64,000 nt of DNA, from contig CM022672.1 in NCBI GenBank assembly GCA_012295275.1, positions 30,380,001 through 30,444,000 of the forward strand, written 5' to 3'. Shown here in pieces: positions 1-14,434 of this stretch. Numbering within the stretch: position 1 is the stretch's first letter; each line of letters begins with the position of its first letter. The notes under the pieces were generated by a model that was given only the letters and a program-made list of their open reading frames with translations, did no database searches and was not told where the DNA came from. The position numbers were made by a program, and so were the translations under genes. This DNA comes from Chrysomallon squamiferum (lineage: Eukaryota > Animalia > Mollusca).

Positions 1-561
1 TATATGTATGTGTGTGTGAGCTATATGTGGCTGTACGGACGTGTCTGTATATGTGTATTAATATATGTATGGATGTTTTTATGTGTGTGTTTGTATATTT
101 GTGTATGTGTGTGTGTGTGTGTCTTGGATGTGTCTTTAATAATTTGTAATTATCCAGTTAATAAGAGATATATTTTTTCAGCTTAATGCTATTTTGGAAT
201 AATAGTTTTTCTTGATTTCAAAGTTCACTGTTTTCTGCCAAACATGAAATTCTTTTAGTATCTGTCCCATATGAAACTGACAACGATACAAAGAAACAAA
301 CAAATAAATAAATAATTAAATAATAAACAAATTAACAAAAAAAAATAAAAAAAAATAATAATAAAATAAAAAATAAAAAAAAAAAAAAATAATAATAATA
401 AAATAATAAAAAAATAAATAAAATAAAAAATAAAATAAAAAAAAATAACGTTTCTTTAATAATAATACAGTTTGTAAAACTAAAAACAAATAACGTTCAT
501 ATGATAATGAAATGACAGTTATCTGATAATAAATGAATGAATAAATAAAGAATATTACATT

Positions 562-593
<32 letters not shown>

Positions 594-634
594 ACGTTCA
601 TGAAATAATAATAATTAATAATAATAATAATAAA

Positions 635-685
<51 letters not shown>

Positions 686-820
686 AATCCTTAGATACGG
701 TAAGGAAGATATTAAATTCTTACAGTTAAAAACCAGCGTTTCCAGTAATTGACAGCAACTGATTTTAATTTTGAAATCATCGCGTTAACATACCCACTAA
801 GTACCATTTAACGTTCGTTA

Positions 821-960
821 TTAATGACGTCATATAATTTTGACGTCAATTTAAAGCGTTTTTATTTTAAAAATAAATCTTTTTTTTTTGTGGGGGGGGG
901 GAGATTTCTTCAGAATAAACCCGTTGCCCCCATTCTCTATCTGCAAAAATAAGTAAATAA
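821..960 (+). repeat. Short dispersed repeat with paired TGACGTCA; second copy at ~7561-7680
   Basis: TTAATGACGTCATATA-N4/5-TGACGTCA…TTTATTTT…TTTTTGTGG is seen at both loci. Confidence 0.65.
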
Positions 961-1308
961 GTAAATAATGTATTTAGGTCACTGAATGTGTGTAACCTCT
1001 AGAACTATAAAATAACAAAGTAAACAATAACAAGATAAATAAAAAATAAAAAAAAAAAAAAATAAAAAAAACTCACTCGAGTAACTGTTTGTTTATGCAA
1101 ACCATTGGTCGAGTGAGTTTATTAAGTAAATAAAATAAAATAATGAATATAAATTTGTAGGTAAAGGGAATGTATATATATACTGGTGTTTGTGTTTGTG
1201 TATTTATGTAGTTTTGTGTCTGTGTGTATGCGTGTATTTCTATGAATGTATACAGGGTATAGAGGGTAAACCAAATAAACCATACGCTCACTGTGAGAGT
1301 ATGTTAAT

Positions 1309-1392
<84 letters not shown>

Positions 1393-1720
1393 GTTAATGT
1401 GAGAGAGAGAGTATTACAAACGAGGATTATCGAGACTAAAGATGGACGAGTTTCCCTGAGGACTGACAAAGCTGGGATGAAATTTCTCGCTCACAAACTA
1501 ATTGGAAGTGACGCCCACGGCGGCAGGATGACAGTCACGACAACATCAGCGAGGCGACGGCGGCCGTTAATAATCGGGGGATTCTTTAAGAAAATTAATA
1601 GCACTGAATTGTGAGAAAATATCGGCTAAGAAGGTATTGTGCTAAACGTCGTATTTGGTGACATATTTATAAATACTGATATCACTTTGACCTCAGAGGA
1701 TTTTCTGTTACATATATTTA

Positions 1721-1770
<50 letters not shown>

Positions 1771-2793
1771 CAACACAAACGCACTCTGACAAACACGAAC
1801 ACACACATATATGTATATACACAGATATAGACATAAACACAGACAGCATCACATTCACTCACAGACGCACAAAGTCACTCATAGATATATGTACGCACGT
1901 ACTAACACTCACAAACACATTCACACAAACACTTACACACATACACACTCAGACAAACATACACCAACATACACACAGACGCAGACAAACACAAACACAC
2001 ACAGATTCTCAGACAAACACACAATATAAATACAGTGATGATATTAATGGTTCAGGAATTAAAAAGAAAGTAATTATGAAAGTTAACTGACCGTCATTCT
2101 TAAACGACCACTTGACCAGCATGATTGACAAACTGACGTCGCCATCTTTATAAACAGTTCTTTACAAACATCGGCAGAAAGTGAAAGCAGGCGGCGTGGT
2201 TTGTTAGGAAAGCTTTCAGAAAGATGGACGCAGGATAATGTGTTGTTGTTTGTTAGTTATCACTGTTAGTGTACTTTATTTAACGCGACGCTGTTGAAAT
2301 ATCTGACTGTGGTGCGCATGCACTTTATACGTCTCAGATATGTTGTGCGTGTCAGTCAAAATACCGAACTTGTTTAGTGGAATAAATAAAGGAAAATACT
2401 GATTCCTGGTTATTGCCATGTCAACTAACTGAATTCAAAACGCTGCAGATGTAATTTTTAATTTAGATTTTATTTTTAATTTTTGAATTTTGTGATAATG
2501 TTTGCTGCTGTGGTGCTGTTAATATGTTGAATTTTGTTGATATAAAAATATGATTTAATGAATGGATTAATGTATCAAAATAACTACTTAAGTTCTCAGC
2601 TTGCATCGGCACCTGTCACTTTTATTTATCACCTGGGTGTTAGACAGCTAGTGTTAAACTAACCTACTTACAAGCTAACCTAATTTTGAACTGGACGCTT
2701 TTTTATTTTTATTTAACACAAAGTGTCCGAGTGACGATTTTGATTTCATAGATAATGTCGAGAACAACAATACAGAGTGTTTTTTATTCTCAG

Positions 2794-3064
2794 TTTAATA
2801 AACGCTAAAAAGTACACTAAAGCGGAAGGCGGATGCGTTATGCGTTATTGGACAGAGAAGAGGAGATGAATGCAGACTGAGTCTGGCTGAGGATGTACTT
2901 TGTCACGCGGCTACGAATCAGAACGAATTCACGCTCCACGCAGTGATTCATGCGGCAAATGAGTACAAAATCGGATTGGGAAATACAAGCTGTGACGTCA
3001 CGGATGGGGTTTTCTAAAGAAGGGGCAAGACTGTACAATTAGACACCACAATGCCCAGATTATG
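2794..3064 (+). pseudogene. Decayed exon-like segment of a Cys-containing, possibly secreted protein; duplicated at ~4386-4635
   Basis: It follows the acceptor TTTTTTATTCTCAG (mutated to CAA in copy 2). Removing the 7-bp tandem duplication TGCGTTA (2834-2847) fuses two frames into LINAKKYTKAEGGCVIGQRRGDECRLSLAEDVLCHAATNQNEFTLHAVIHAANEYKIGLGNTSCDVTDGVF*. The stop reads TAC in copy 2 (…DGFFYTSGKDFTI). A hydrophobic signal-peptide-like stretch (MCCCLLVITVSVLYLT) starts at 2238. Confidence 0.35.
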
Positions 3065-3594
3065 GTATAATTCTTGTTGTTGAATCATGTTACTAATTAT
3101 GTCTTGCACCCATCAGCAGTTGTTTTGTTCTTCGTATTAGCCATGTTCTTGGAGAGAAAAAAAACAACAACAAATCTTCAGAACGAGTCTGAAAAGCGTG
3201 GGAAAATGTTGATTTGGAATCTAACAACACGCATACAGCAGACGACACCCGCTGAACAACATTTTAAAACTGCAGATATTGTCGCGAGATTTTAAATATT
3301 AATCAATAAGTGTCGGTGTTACACGCACAATAAACAAAGTTAGTCAAAATTAAAAAAGAATCGTATTTATTCATTCGTTCATCATGCAGCACGATCAAAG
3401 TCAAATTTGTGCTTACTCTTGAGTGAACACAGCGTGAAATCCGGAATTAAGTTAACAACGAAAACACCAAACACTAAGTCCAATAACCTCGGCTTCGTTT
3501 TGTAGTCGCAGCGCAGTAATCACGTTTCTAAGCCAGTAATTCGGCCTAATTAAACCAGAACTATTTATCATACATTTTTTTTCTTTGATAATAA

Positions 3595-3845
3595 AATAAA
3601 CATCCAATTGAGTTCAAGTATTGTTCAGAGTTTTGGTGGAAATAACTCGGTTTAATGTAAAATAGATAACCAATCAAATTCAAGTATTGTTCGGTGTTTT
3701 GGTGGAAGTAACTCGGTTTAATGTAAGATAGATAACCAATCAAATCTGGTATTTCTAGGTGTTCTGGTGGAAGTAACTGGGTTTAATGAAAGGTAAACAA
3801 ACAATCAAGTTCTTGCATTTTTCGATACGCGATGGAAGTAACAAC
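3595..3845 (+). repeat. 66-bp minisatellite, ~3.5 units (second array at ~4630-4845)
   Basis: The unit ATAACCAATCAAATTCAAGTATTGTTCGGTGTTTTGGTGGAAGTAACTCGGTTTAATGTAAGATAG starts at 3666 and 3732, with diverged flanking units. Confidence 0.9.
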
Positions 3846-5468
3846 AATCTGTTTTGTAATTAATAAGCCAGCAACACGTGTAATATCTAGCTTATCACAC
3901 ACAATCACTTTATACGTCTCACATATGCTGTACATTAGTCAAAATACCAAACTTGTTTACTGGAATAAATAATGGAAAATAATGATCCTAGGTTCTTGTG
4001 TGTCAACCAAATCTATTTCAGAAAACGCTGCGAATGTAATTTTTAATTTAGATTTTATTTAGATTTTTGAATTCTGTGATAATATTTGCTGGTCTGGCGC
4101 TATGTTAATAGAGATGAACCGAATTTTGTTGATATAAAAATATGATTTAATGAACGGATTAATATGTCAAAATAACTACATAAGTTCTCAGCTTGCATCG
4201 TCACCTGTCACTTTTATTTATCACCTGGGTGTTAGACAGCTAGTGTTAAACTAACCTATTTACAAGCTAACCTAATTTTGAACTGGACGCTTTTTTATTT
4301 TTTTATTTTACAAAATGTCCGAGTGACGATTTTGATTTCATAGATAATGTCGAGAACAACAATACAGAGTGTTTTTTATTTTCAATTTAATAAACGCTAA
4401 AAAGTACACTAAAGCGGAAGGCGGATGCGTTATGCGTTATTGGACAAAGAAGAGGAGATGAATGCAGACTGAGTCTGGCTGAGGATGTACTTTGTCACGC
4501 GGCTACGAATCAGAACGAATTCACGCTTCACGTAGTGATTCATGCGGCAAATGAGTACAAAATCGGATTGGGAAATACAAACTGTGACTTCACGGATGGG
4601 TTTTTCTACACAAGTGGGAAAGATTTTACAATTGGTGGAAGTAAGAAGGTTTAGTGCCAGATAGATAACCAATCGAATTCAAGTACTGTTCGGTGTTTTG
4701 GTGGAAGTAACTCGGTTTAATGTAAGATAGATAACCAATCGAATTCAAGTATTTTTCGGTGTTTTGCTGGAAGTAACTCGGTTTAATGAAAGATAAATAA
4801 ACAATTACGTTCTTGCATTTTTCGATACGCGATGGAAGTAACAACAATCTGTTTTGTAATTAATAAGCCAGCAACACGTGTAATATCTAGCTTATCACAC
4901 ACAATCACTTTATACGTCTCACATATGCTGTACGTTAGTCAAAATACCAAACTTGTTTACTGGAATAAATAAAGGAAAATAATGATCCTAGGTTCTTGCG
5001 TGTCCACGAAATCTATTTCTGAAAACGCTGCAGATGTATTTTTAATTTAGATTTTATTTTGATTTTTGAATTCTGTGATAATTTTGCTGCTGTGGTGCTA
5101 TGTTAAAAGAAATGAACTGAATTTTTATGGATACCAAAAAATGATTTAACGAATGGAATAATATGTCAAAATAACTACATAAACTCTCAGCTTGCATCGT
5201 CAACTGTCAGTTTTTGATTCCATATATTTACTAGAGACATCTTTATCAGAGACCTCGAACTTTTAAAGTTGATATAATCATAATTTTAAATAATGAAATC
5301 CTGAGATTTAATATGTAGTTAAACAATAAATAGATAAATAAGTTAATGAAACAAACAAGAAATGTGTTAACTCAAGAAGAAACAAATCAACCAATAAACA
5401 TAAAACAACAGCAGTGACAACAGCAACAACAACAAAACAACCCAAACCACAATAAAACCCGCCATACG

Positions 5469-5513
<45 letters not shown>

Positions 5514-5621
5514 AAATATAAATGTGTATAGACACAGGGAATTTGTTTTCCTATGTAGAATACTTGTAATTGCCATGATTTTAAAGACAAATTTCAACAC
5601 CTGTCTGCAGCTTAATGTTGA

Positions 5622-6060
5622 GCGTTCAATAAAAAATTTAAAAAAACATTAGGTAAGTACATCAAAGAAATTCAGATCTTTTTCTTTGTTCCTGTAGTTA
5701 CAGGAGAACAGACAGATGTATGTCTGTGTGTGTATGTGTGTGTGTGAGCGTGCGTGTTTGTATGTGTGCGTTCAATAAAGAAACATTAATTAGGTACATC
5801 AAAGCAAGTCAGATCGTTTTCTTTGTTTATATAGCGAAAGGCGGACAGGCAGATGTATGTTAATGATTGTCTATGTTTGTCTTTGTGTGTGTCCGTGTGT
5901 GTATGCGCGTGTGTGCATGCGTTCAATAAAGAAACATTAATGAGGTACATCAAAGGAAGTCGGATCTGTTCCTTTATTGCTTTTGAGATAGTAATACAGA
6001 TAGATGTATGTCTGTGTTTAAGGGTGTGTGTGTGTGTGTGTGTGCATGCGTGTGTTTGTG
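5622..6060 (+). repeat. Degenerate ~150-bp tandem repeat x3 with internal (TG)n
   Basis: GCGTTCAATAAA…AAACATTA…GTACATCAAAG recurs at 5622, 5768 and 5919. Confidence 0.85.
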
Positions 6061-6399
6061 AAGATACGAGACAAACAGACTGAGAGAAAAGTTAAAAACA
6101 AAAACAACAACCGCAAACAAAAAATAAATAAAATAAAATAAAAAATAATTAAATTAAAATAATACAGAAAAAAAAATAATATCAAATAAACAAAAGAAAA
6201 AAAACAAAACAACATCAACCCTAAAAGAGAATACAACATATTTATCATCTGTCTATCCGTCCATTGATATCTCCATCTATGTGTGAGTGAGTGAAAGAGA
6301 AAGCGAGAGACTGAGAGCGAGGAGAGATGAATAAAGCAGACGACTAAACGTGACAATGAGAAGTATTATTACCTGTTATTGTATTCAAATAGATAAATT

Positions 6400-6660
6400 A
6401 CACACACATGCGCTCAATTTATGAAGCTGCATAAATCAAATAACATGTATTACGTCATCGCTCAATACACACAGATGTACATATATTATACATATACATT
6501 CTCAATTAATAGAGTTCCATAAATCAAATAGTAACATGTATGACGTCGTCGCTATCTACCCCCTACACGCGGATGTACTATATTATACATATACATTCTC
6601 ACTTTAGAGAGTTCCATAAATCAAATAGTAACATGTATGACGTCATCGCTCACTTCCACC
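6400..6660 (+). repeat. ~90-97-bp tandem repeat x3
   Basis: CATAAATCAAATA(GTA)ACATGTAT(T/G)ACGTC(A/G)TCGCT recurs at 6430, 6518 and 6615. Confidence 0.9.
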
Positions 6661-7005
6661 CACTATATATAGATATCGTATGTTATACCAACCAATTGTC
6701 AGTTTATAAAGGCTCGGAGGTGGTATAATAAATAATACATAGCGTATTCAGTTTATACGCGTTCAGAAACTTTGCAGGGATTATCTGCTGATGACAAACG
6801 TGATCTCACTCTGCTGTTTACAGTTTATTTACTGTTTGTCTGATTTCAGGTCTGTTTGTTTGAAACAAGCCATAAAATCCAGATAGAAGAAACAGATAAC
6901 TGTTTAAAGATACCCTGACATGCTGCTAAATAATAATAACAGCAACAACAACACCGACAACGTCGACGACGATGATGATAATAATAGAGGTAGTGGTGGT
7001 AGTAA

Positions 7006-7037
<32 letters not shown>

Positions 7038-8062
7038 ATAATAATAATAATAATCATAATAATAATAATAATAACAATAATAACGATGATGACCATGATG
7101 ATTCTGATGATGATTATAATAATAATAATAGAAGTAGTAGTAGTAGTAACAGTAATACTAATAATATTAATAATAATACTAATACTGATAATAATAAATA
7201 CGATAATAACGATGATGGTGATGATGATGATGATGAAGATAATAATAATAATAATAATAATAGTAGTCTTGGTAGTAGGCAGGGGTTGTAAATAATAGTC
7301 ACTAGAATTCAAGAGGTAATTAACAGTAATAGTAATATTAGCAGTAGTATTAATAGTACTACTAGCAGTGGCGGACCTACATTTTTGGGACTACTAGTAG
7401 TAATAATGCAAAATCAACATGCCAACAACAACAACAAATTATTATTATTATTATTATTAAATAAGGAAATAAGGCAAAGAAGAAAAAAGTTAAAAATTAA
7501 TAAAATAGAAATATACTAATCAGAAAGAAAATCTATAAATAAAAGTTTTAACTGACTTCATTAATGACGTCATATATTTACTGACGTCATCTTTGCACGT
7601 ATTTTATTTTTACTTTAAGTTTCGTTTTTGTGGACATTCTTTACACACTTTATTGCTCCTCTCTTTACCTAAAAATAAATAAATAAATAAATAGAAAGAG
7701 AGATAGATAGACAGATAGATAAACAAACGAACGAACGAACGAACGAACAAACAAACAAACAAACAAACAAACAAACAAACAAACAAACAAACAAACAAAC
7801 AAACAAACAAACAAACAAACAAACAAATAAATAAATAATATGTCCAGAAATAAATAAATAAAAATCAAAAGCTAATTAAATAAATGAACAAATTATGAAT
7901 GAATGAACAATAATAAAAAAAAAAGAAACAATAAATGAATGAATATTTGTTTAACTACACATAATTACATTTTAATGCGATGAGTAAACCGCATCGCTTC
8001 TCTATGGTCTATACTTGATTAGCAGCATTAAGTATTTTATATTTTCCTTCCCATATACAATT

Positions 8063-8161
<99 letters not shown>

Positions 8162-8197
8162 GTGGTACACCCACACATATAGAGAAGTGTGCTTGTG

Positions 8198-8295
<98 letters not shown>

Positions 8296-9132
8296 ACAAC
8301 ACAAATACTCTTGCTACGCTCTAGTGGCGACTGACTTATTTACATACATACACACTGTAGACTGCGCGCACACAACACAACACAACACAAAGACATGTAA
8401 TTGTAATTTTGTGAACAATGCGGACTTTCGTGTTGTCCGCGGAGAAGATTCAGGGTCACATAATTATTTGTGTAAACATGGCGGTTAGCCGACAAGCTGA
8501 AAAGATTCGCTGAAGAAGTTTGCTGTAGCGGCTTACCGTAAACATCCGCAAACTGAGGTCGCTATTATGTTATGTTATATTATATTATATTATAGTATTT
8601 ATTTATTTATTTATTAATAAAATATATTTATTTTTATTTATATTTTTGTGTATTTTTATTTATTTATTTATGTTAGCATTTATTTATTTATTTATTTATT
8701 TATTTATTTGTGTATTTCTTGCACAGATTTCCAATTGGTATGCACAGAGGGGTGTCACCTAATTCAGTGAAGATTTAAAGAAAGAAAAAATAATAATAAT
8801 AAAAAAATCTGAACGATTTACAAACACAAAACCTGAGATTCAAACTATTTAGAAACGCTGTCTGTTGTTGTTGCTTTCTCTACTAAATATTTTATGTCAG
8901 GACAGCCAAGAAGAGAATCGTTATCAGGCCTATTCAACAAACTATTTTTTACAGTGGGTAAATTTCACACTCTTTTCACAAAAAGTACGCCAAACTTAAT
9001 TAAAGTAGGGCGATTCGAAACGCTTTGTTTTTTTCAAAGATCTGATTGGTTGATATTTTCTTGTCTACTTACAGAACGCGGCTGTTTATTTTAGAGTTGC
9101 AGCAATTTGCAAAGAAAAAAAAAAAATAAAAG

Positions 9133-9164
<32 letters not shown>

Positions 9165-10251
9165 TTAAAAATTAAATTAAAATAAAAGTTATATATAATA
9201 AAAAAAAAAAAAAAAAAAAAAATAAAAAATAATTGGAAAAAAAAAAGAAAAGAAAAAAGAAAAAGAAAAACATATTCCTCAATTTTGGCAATTTCAAAAT
9301 AATTTCTTGTTCATGAAAACTAGAAATTAATGTGAGACTGGAGTGGGATTTGGAATTAAAATAAGAAAAACTGAGATGGCGGCTCGGGAAGATGAAATGA
9401 AAACTGAAAGTTTCATTAAAACGTAACAACTGACAAGAAATGCCTGAAGAGTAATTTTTCAAAAAATATTAAATATGGTAACCACTATTACGTTTTAAGA
9501 TACGTGATATTGAAATGGATTTAAATTATATCTAGATAGAACTATTGTCGAGAGTAAATCGAAAAGAAAAAAATTAAAAATTAAAATAAAAATAAAATAA
9601 AAATAAAAGAAATATATAGAAGATAAATGTATAAAAGAAATATATATATATATAAATAAATGGTTATAGCTGATCTATATCTAGATACATTTTGAAGTTA
9701 AAAAATAATCTTAATTATAGAATTGGACCATGCTAATTATAAATCTATTTTCAGTTAGAAGGTGAAATGAAAAACAGTAAAATATTTTTTGGAACTGGGG
9801 TATCCTAAGATTATGGTTGTGTTATCAAAGCTGTAGCAATACTGAAAAATCTGTGATTTGATATGATTATTTATTTATTAGTCAGTTTATTGTTAATTAA
9901 TTAATTAATTAATTGAGGTATTTATCTCTTTATTTATTTATCGCTGAATAATTTATGTTCCAGGTTCAGACGTCCTGGTGTGAATTTCCCGTCACAGTTC
10001 ATTGAATAACATGCTAATATTCAGGCACCACTGATCAATGAATATGCAGCCTAAATTAATTAATTATATGCGCATATTAATAAGTACTTGCTTGTACTTG
10101 TAGGTGTATTCATATAAAATTTATGTGTGAATATTCATAAACGTTTTGTAACGTTTATTTATATCTGTCTGCCTACATGTCACTTCATCATTTTATACAT
10201 CCATCCATCCATCCACTCATGAATTGGTCCATTCCATCCATCCACCAATCC

Positions 10252-10412
<161 letters not shown>

Positions 10413-10926
10413 ACATACACACAGACATTCTCTCCTAAGTTCTATCTGGCGAAAATTTTAATACTTATCCTGTTTTTTTGTTGTTCTTTTTCTTCTTATT
10501 AATTTATAAACATGTTTTCAAGATTTGTTTTTCCCCGACATCGAAATATGAAGAAAGCAATCTAATGTTGACTTTATTTGTGAAAATATTCGAGCTTTTT
10601 TCTTTCTTTTTCACTAACAACACTACACAGTCTCTAGCCTGCCTTGAATACAAGTTTTTCTGAGGTTTATTGTACTGAACTGCTCAAGTGAAGCCAAATT
10701 TCAACAAGCAAATTACAAATTCTTAAAGAAAATACTTAAATAAAAGATAAAAAATATCGTATGTCACGATAGGAAATGAGAATATAAAGATATTAAATAA
10801 GAAATAAAAAAGTTACTTATTTAAGCGGAACAACCACAAAGTTATATTCATTTGTTGCTTTTGTTTTTTTCGTTTTCTTGCATCTTTGGAATATACGTGT
10901 ATTTACACTGGCAGAAACAGAAAGAA

Positions 10927-10974
<48 letters not shown>

Positions 10975-11179
10975 TACACAGAAATAGAAAGAAAAAGAAA
11001 AAACTTACTAAACACACTCATAATAATTCTTCAGTTTTACGATTTAAACAAAAGTCGATTAGAAAATCACGTTTTTAAATAAAAATCAGTCTACAAGCCA
11101 TCATTTAAACAAAAACTGATTTGACGATTTAAAAAAGTGTGTGTGTGTGTACGTGTTTGTGTGTGTATATATATATATA

Positions 11180-11210
<31 letters not shown>

Positions 11211-11224
11211 GCATCTTTCCACTG

Positions 11225-11330
11225 ACGAGGAAATAACATAGAGTAATCTTGATTATACCAGTCGTGAGGATTTGGTTGGATCGGGAAATAACCCAGTGTC
11301 AGAACGAATTAGGACTGATCCAGTGGTGCG
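11225..11330 (-). mobile_element. tRNA-derived SINE remnant
   Basis: ACCAGTCGTGAGGATTTGGTTGGATCGGGAAATAACCCAGT resembles the reverse complement of 37578-37620, and a gastropod SINE core recalled from memory (GGGCTATTTCTCGTTCCAGCCAGTG…). Confidence 0.55.
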
Positions 11331-12061
11331 TGTCTTTTCAATCAAAGGAAGTACAAAACTGAATGAACCATTGTCTGCACTTTAAGCTAAAAAAACTAAA
11401 AAACTAAAAATCCAGGTCACGTGATCTTTGCATCCATCGTCTGAGACTAATTGCTAGGGCGGAAGTGAAAACACGGGAGGTGTAATGATTTTTTTATTTT
11501 TTTTGTTGTTCTTGCATTCCATTTTTTTCCCTTACAGCTGGGCTCAACAAATGTTTTTCACTTCGAATCCAGTGATTCAGGAAGAAGAAAAAAGAAAGGA
11601 GGAGAAGAAGAAGAAGAAGAAGAAATATTTCAATTGAAGGCTTACGAAAGACTTTCGCAATTTTTCCATGACGTCATTTTCAAGTACAAAATTACAGTTA
11701 AGCACAGCACGTTTAACGTGAAAGACGAAAAGTATGGCCGTCAGGCAGTATTAAAACGATTTTTTATTTGAAGCAAATATTGTTTTTTTATGCACCGATA
11801 AAAAACACAGTAAAGGACACACTGCTGTACACAGGCTATGATGTCTGGCAGGGAACGATCAGATCAGAGACACAAGATGGAAACGCTAGCCCGCTGATCG
11901 TCACTTGCAATTATAGTTAATCCGTACGCTATTCTTGGAAAATTCAGCTGTTATTACAGACAAATATTGTAAAATTTAAAACACTGAAATACTTTACGTT
12001 TGTCTGCAATGTTAAAAAAAATAATATTTATAAAAAAAATAAAATAAAAAAAGTGTTGATA

Positions 12062-12093
<32 letters not shown>

Positions 12094-12379
12094 AATAATA
12101 ATAATAATCATCGTCATCATAATCATAATAACAAATATAGTAATAATGATGATGATGACGATGATAACGATAAATAAATAAATGAATAAAATAAAAAAAT
12201 AAAAAATAAAAAATAAAAATAAAAAACGGGAATTCTATACAACTGAGATTATTATATTTCTGCTCAGTATTTTTAAAACCGATTACAAGTGACGTAAAGA
12301 ATAAAAAATATGACACAGAACTGACAAGCAGAAATAGTAAACCAAACTGAGAGAATATGACATAGATGGATGACTCATC

Positions 12380-12413
<34 letters not shown>

Positions 12414-12685
12414 GAGGTGAGCTTGTAGGTTGGGTGTAGATTTAGATTTCTGAGTTTGTGCGCATGTTTAAGTGAATTTGTGTATTCATGTTTTTACGTA
12501 ATGTTTGTTATAAGTGGAAGATGGATGTGAGAGAGAGACAGACAGACAGAAAGAGAGAGAGAGTGAGCGGAAGAGGGAGAAAGAGAGAGAGTGAGCGGAA
12601 GAGTGAGACAGACAGACAGAGAGAGACAGACAGGCAGAGAGAGACAGACAGACAGACAGACAGAGAGAGACAGACAGACAGACAG

Positions 12686-12718
<33 letters not shown>

Positions 12719-12814
12719 GAGAGAGAGAGAGCGGAAGAGGGAGAAAGACAGACAGACAGAGAGAGACAGATAGACAGACAGAGAGAGAGAGAGAGAGAGA
12801 GTGAGCGGAAGAGG

Positions 12815-12914
<100 letters not shown>

Positions 12915-14239
12915 TAAATAAATGAAACTGATAAAGATAATCACGTATGACAAATGAATACTAACAATTAATTATTATAAACAACAGAATGATTAAATAC
13001 GTAGGTGGAGAAATAAAGAAATATAAAATAATACTTTGACCCTAAGGAAGAAAAAGCGGGAACGATAAAAGAATAAGATGAAAACGAAATGAAACGTAAT
13101 TCATGACGTTAGCAAATACAGCAACAGCAACAACACACATTTAAAGTAATAATAATAAAATTAATATGAAGAATGAATGATGTAAAATAAGCATTTTTAA
13201 AACTTTCATATTTATCCAGAGAAATAAATAAAAATAGAAATCGTAGACTTAAATATATATGTATATGTATATATATATGTGTGTGTATATGTATATATAT
13301 TGACGTACATAATTGTTTGTGTTTATGAATATATATGAGCGTGTGAGGATGAATATGTATGTTTGTGTGTAAACATATATATATATAAGAAAATAGTAGT
13401 AGCAGCTGCAGCAGCACTAGTAGTAGTAGCTGTAGTAGTAGCAATAGTAGAGGTAGTTGTCGTAATAGTAGTAGCAGAAGCAACAGTCGAAATAACAATA
13501 ACAGTAGTCGTAATAATAATAATAACAGTATTAGTAGTAGTAATATTAATAAATAAAACTAAACAAACAATAATAAAACACACATAAAACAAAAAGACGA
13601 AAAAAAAAGAGAAATCTCGATGAAAAGAACCACAAAAAAGCAACAGTAATAATAAACAAAATTCTACGTTCGCAAAAGTTAGACAAGAAATGGAACTAAC
13701 CTTGTCGTCTGTCGTCTGCCACTGATTGAAGTGAAGTGAAAAAAAAAAGAAAAAAGAAAAAAGCCCACGGACACTTGAATAGTGAGCGCAACTCGGCGGA
13801 ATGATCGCTACATTAATGACGAACATGCCGCGTCTTGAATAATCAATAACAAATTAACTGATAGACTCGTCACAGTCTCGTCTGCCCAGAGAACGCCGCC
13901 CTTTCACCTGTCAATCATTCTGACACCAGTCCGAGCGTTGCCGAAACATAAAACATACAATGTAACACAGAGAACTATTATATGTGTATACATGTACTCT
14001 CGTACTCACACATACATGCATTTGGTTTAATATATTTTAAATTTTTTGATAATTTTTTATTTCATTTTTTTATATTTCGACTTTTAGGTACTTAGTTGTT
14101 GAATACTGGGATTATGACATCATAGGTCGTCTGTCTGTATATTCCCGTTCCAATCCGGTTTCCCGATTTTATTAAAAGCTGTCGTGTGTTCTTTCCTTTC
14201 ATTGGGTAGAAAAGCACGTGAACTATTCCTTACTGCTAA

Positions 14240-14284
<45 letters not shown>

Positions 14285-14434
14285 TATATATATATGTGTG
14301 TGTGTATGTCTATATATATCTCTGTGAGTGTGTGTGTGTGTATATATGTATGTGTGTGTATATATATATATATATATAGATATATATGTTTGTGAGTATA
14401 TGTGTCTGTGTATATTAATATATTATAGTACGTA

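Larger units (their letters stand above)
2321..5212 (+). repeat. Nested tandem segmental duplication (three partial copies)
   Basis: The block starting CACTTTATACGTCTCA occurs at 2321, 3906 and 4906. Copies 1 and 2 align for ~700 bp (to ~3016 and ~4607); copy 3 stops at ~5212. Segment ~3640-3905 recurs at ~4630-4905, giving an exact 1000-bp offset (ACAACAATCT at 3841 and 4841). Confidence 0.95.

Noticed and set aside
1315-1614. 99-aa ORF with a non-repetitive tail
   Set aside because: It starts in a microsatellite and has no recognisable domain or good splice signals; more likely a non-coding island.
3786-3830. SECIS candidate (ATGAA…AA…CGAT)
   Set aside because: Helix II does not pair, and the sequence is part of the 66-bp minisatellite.
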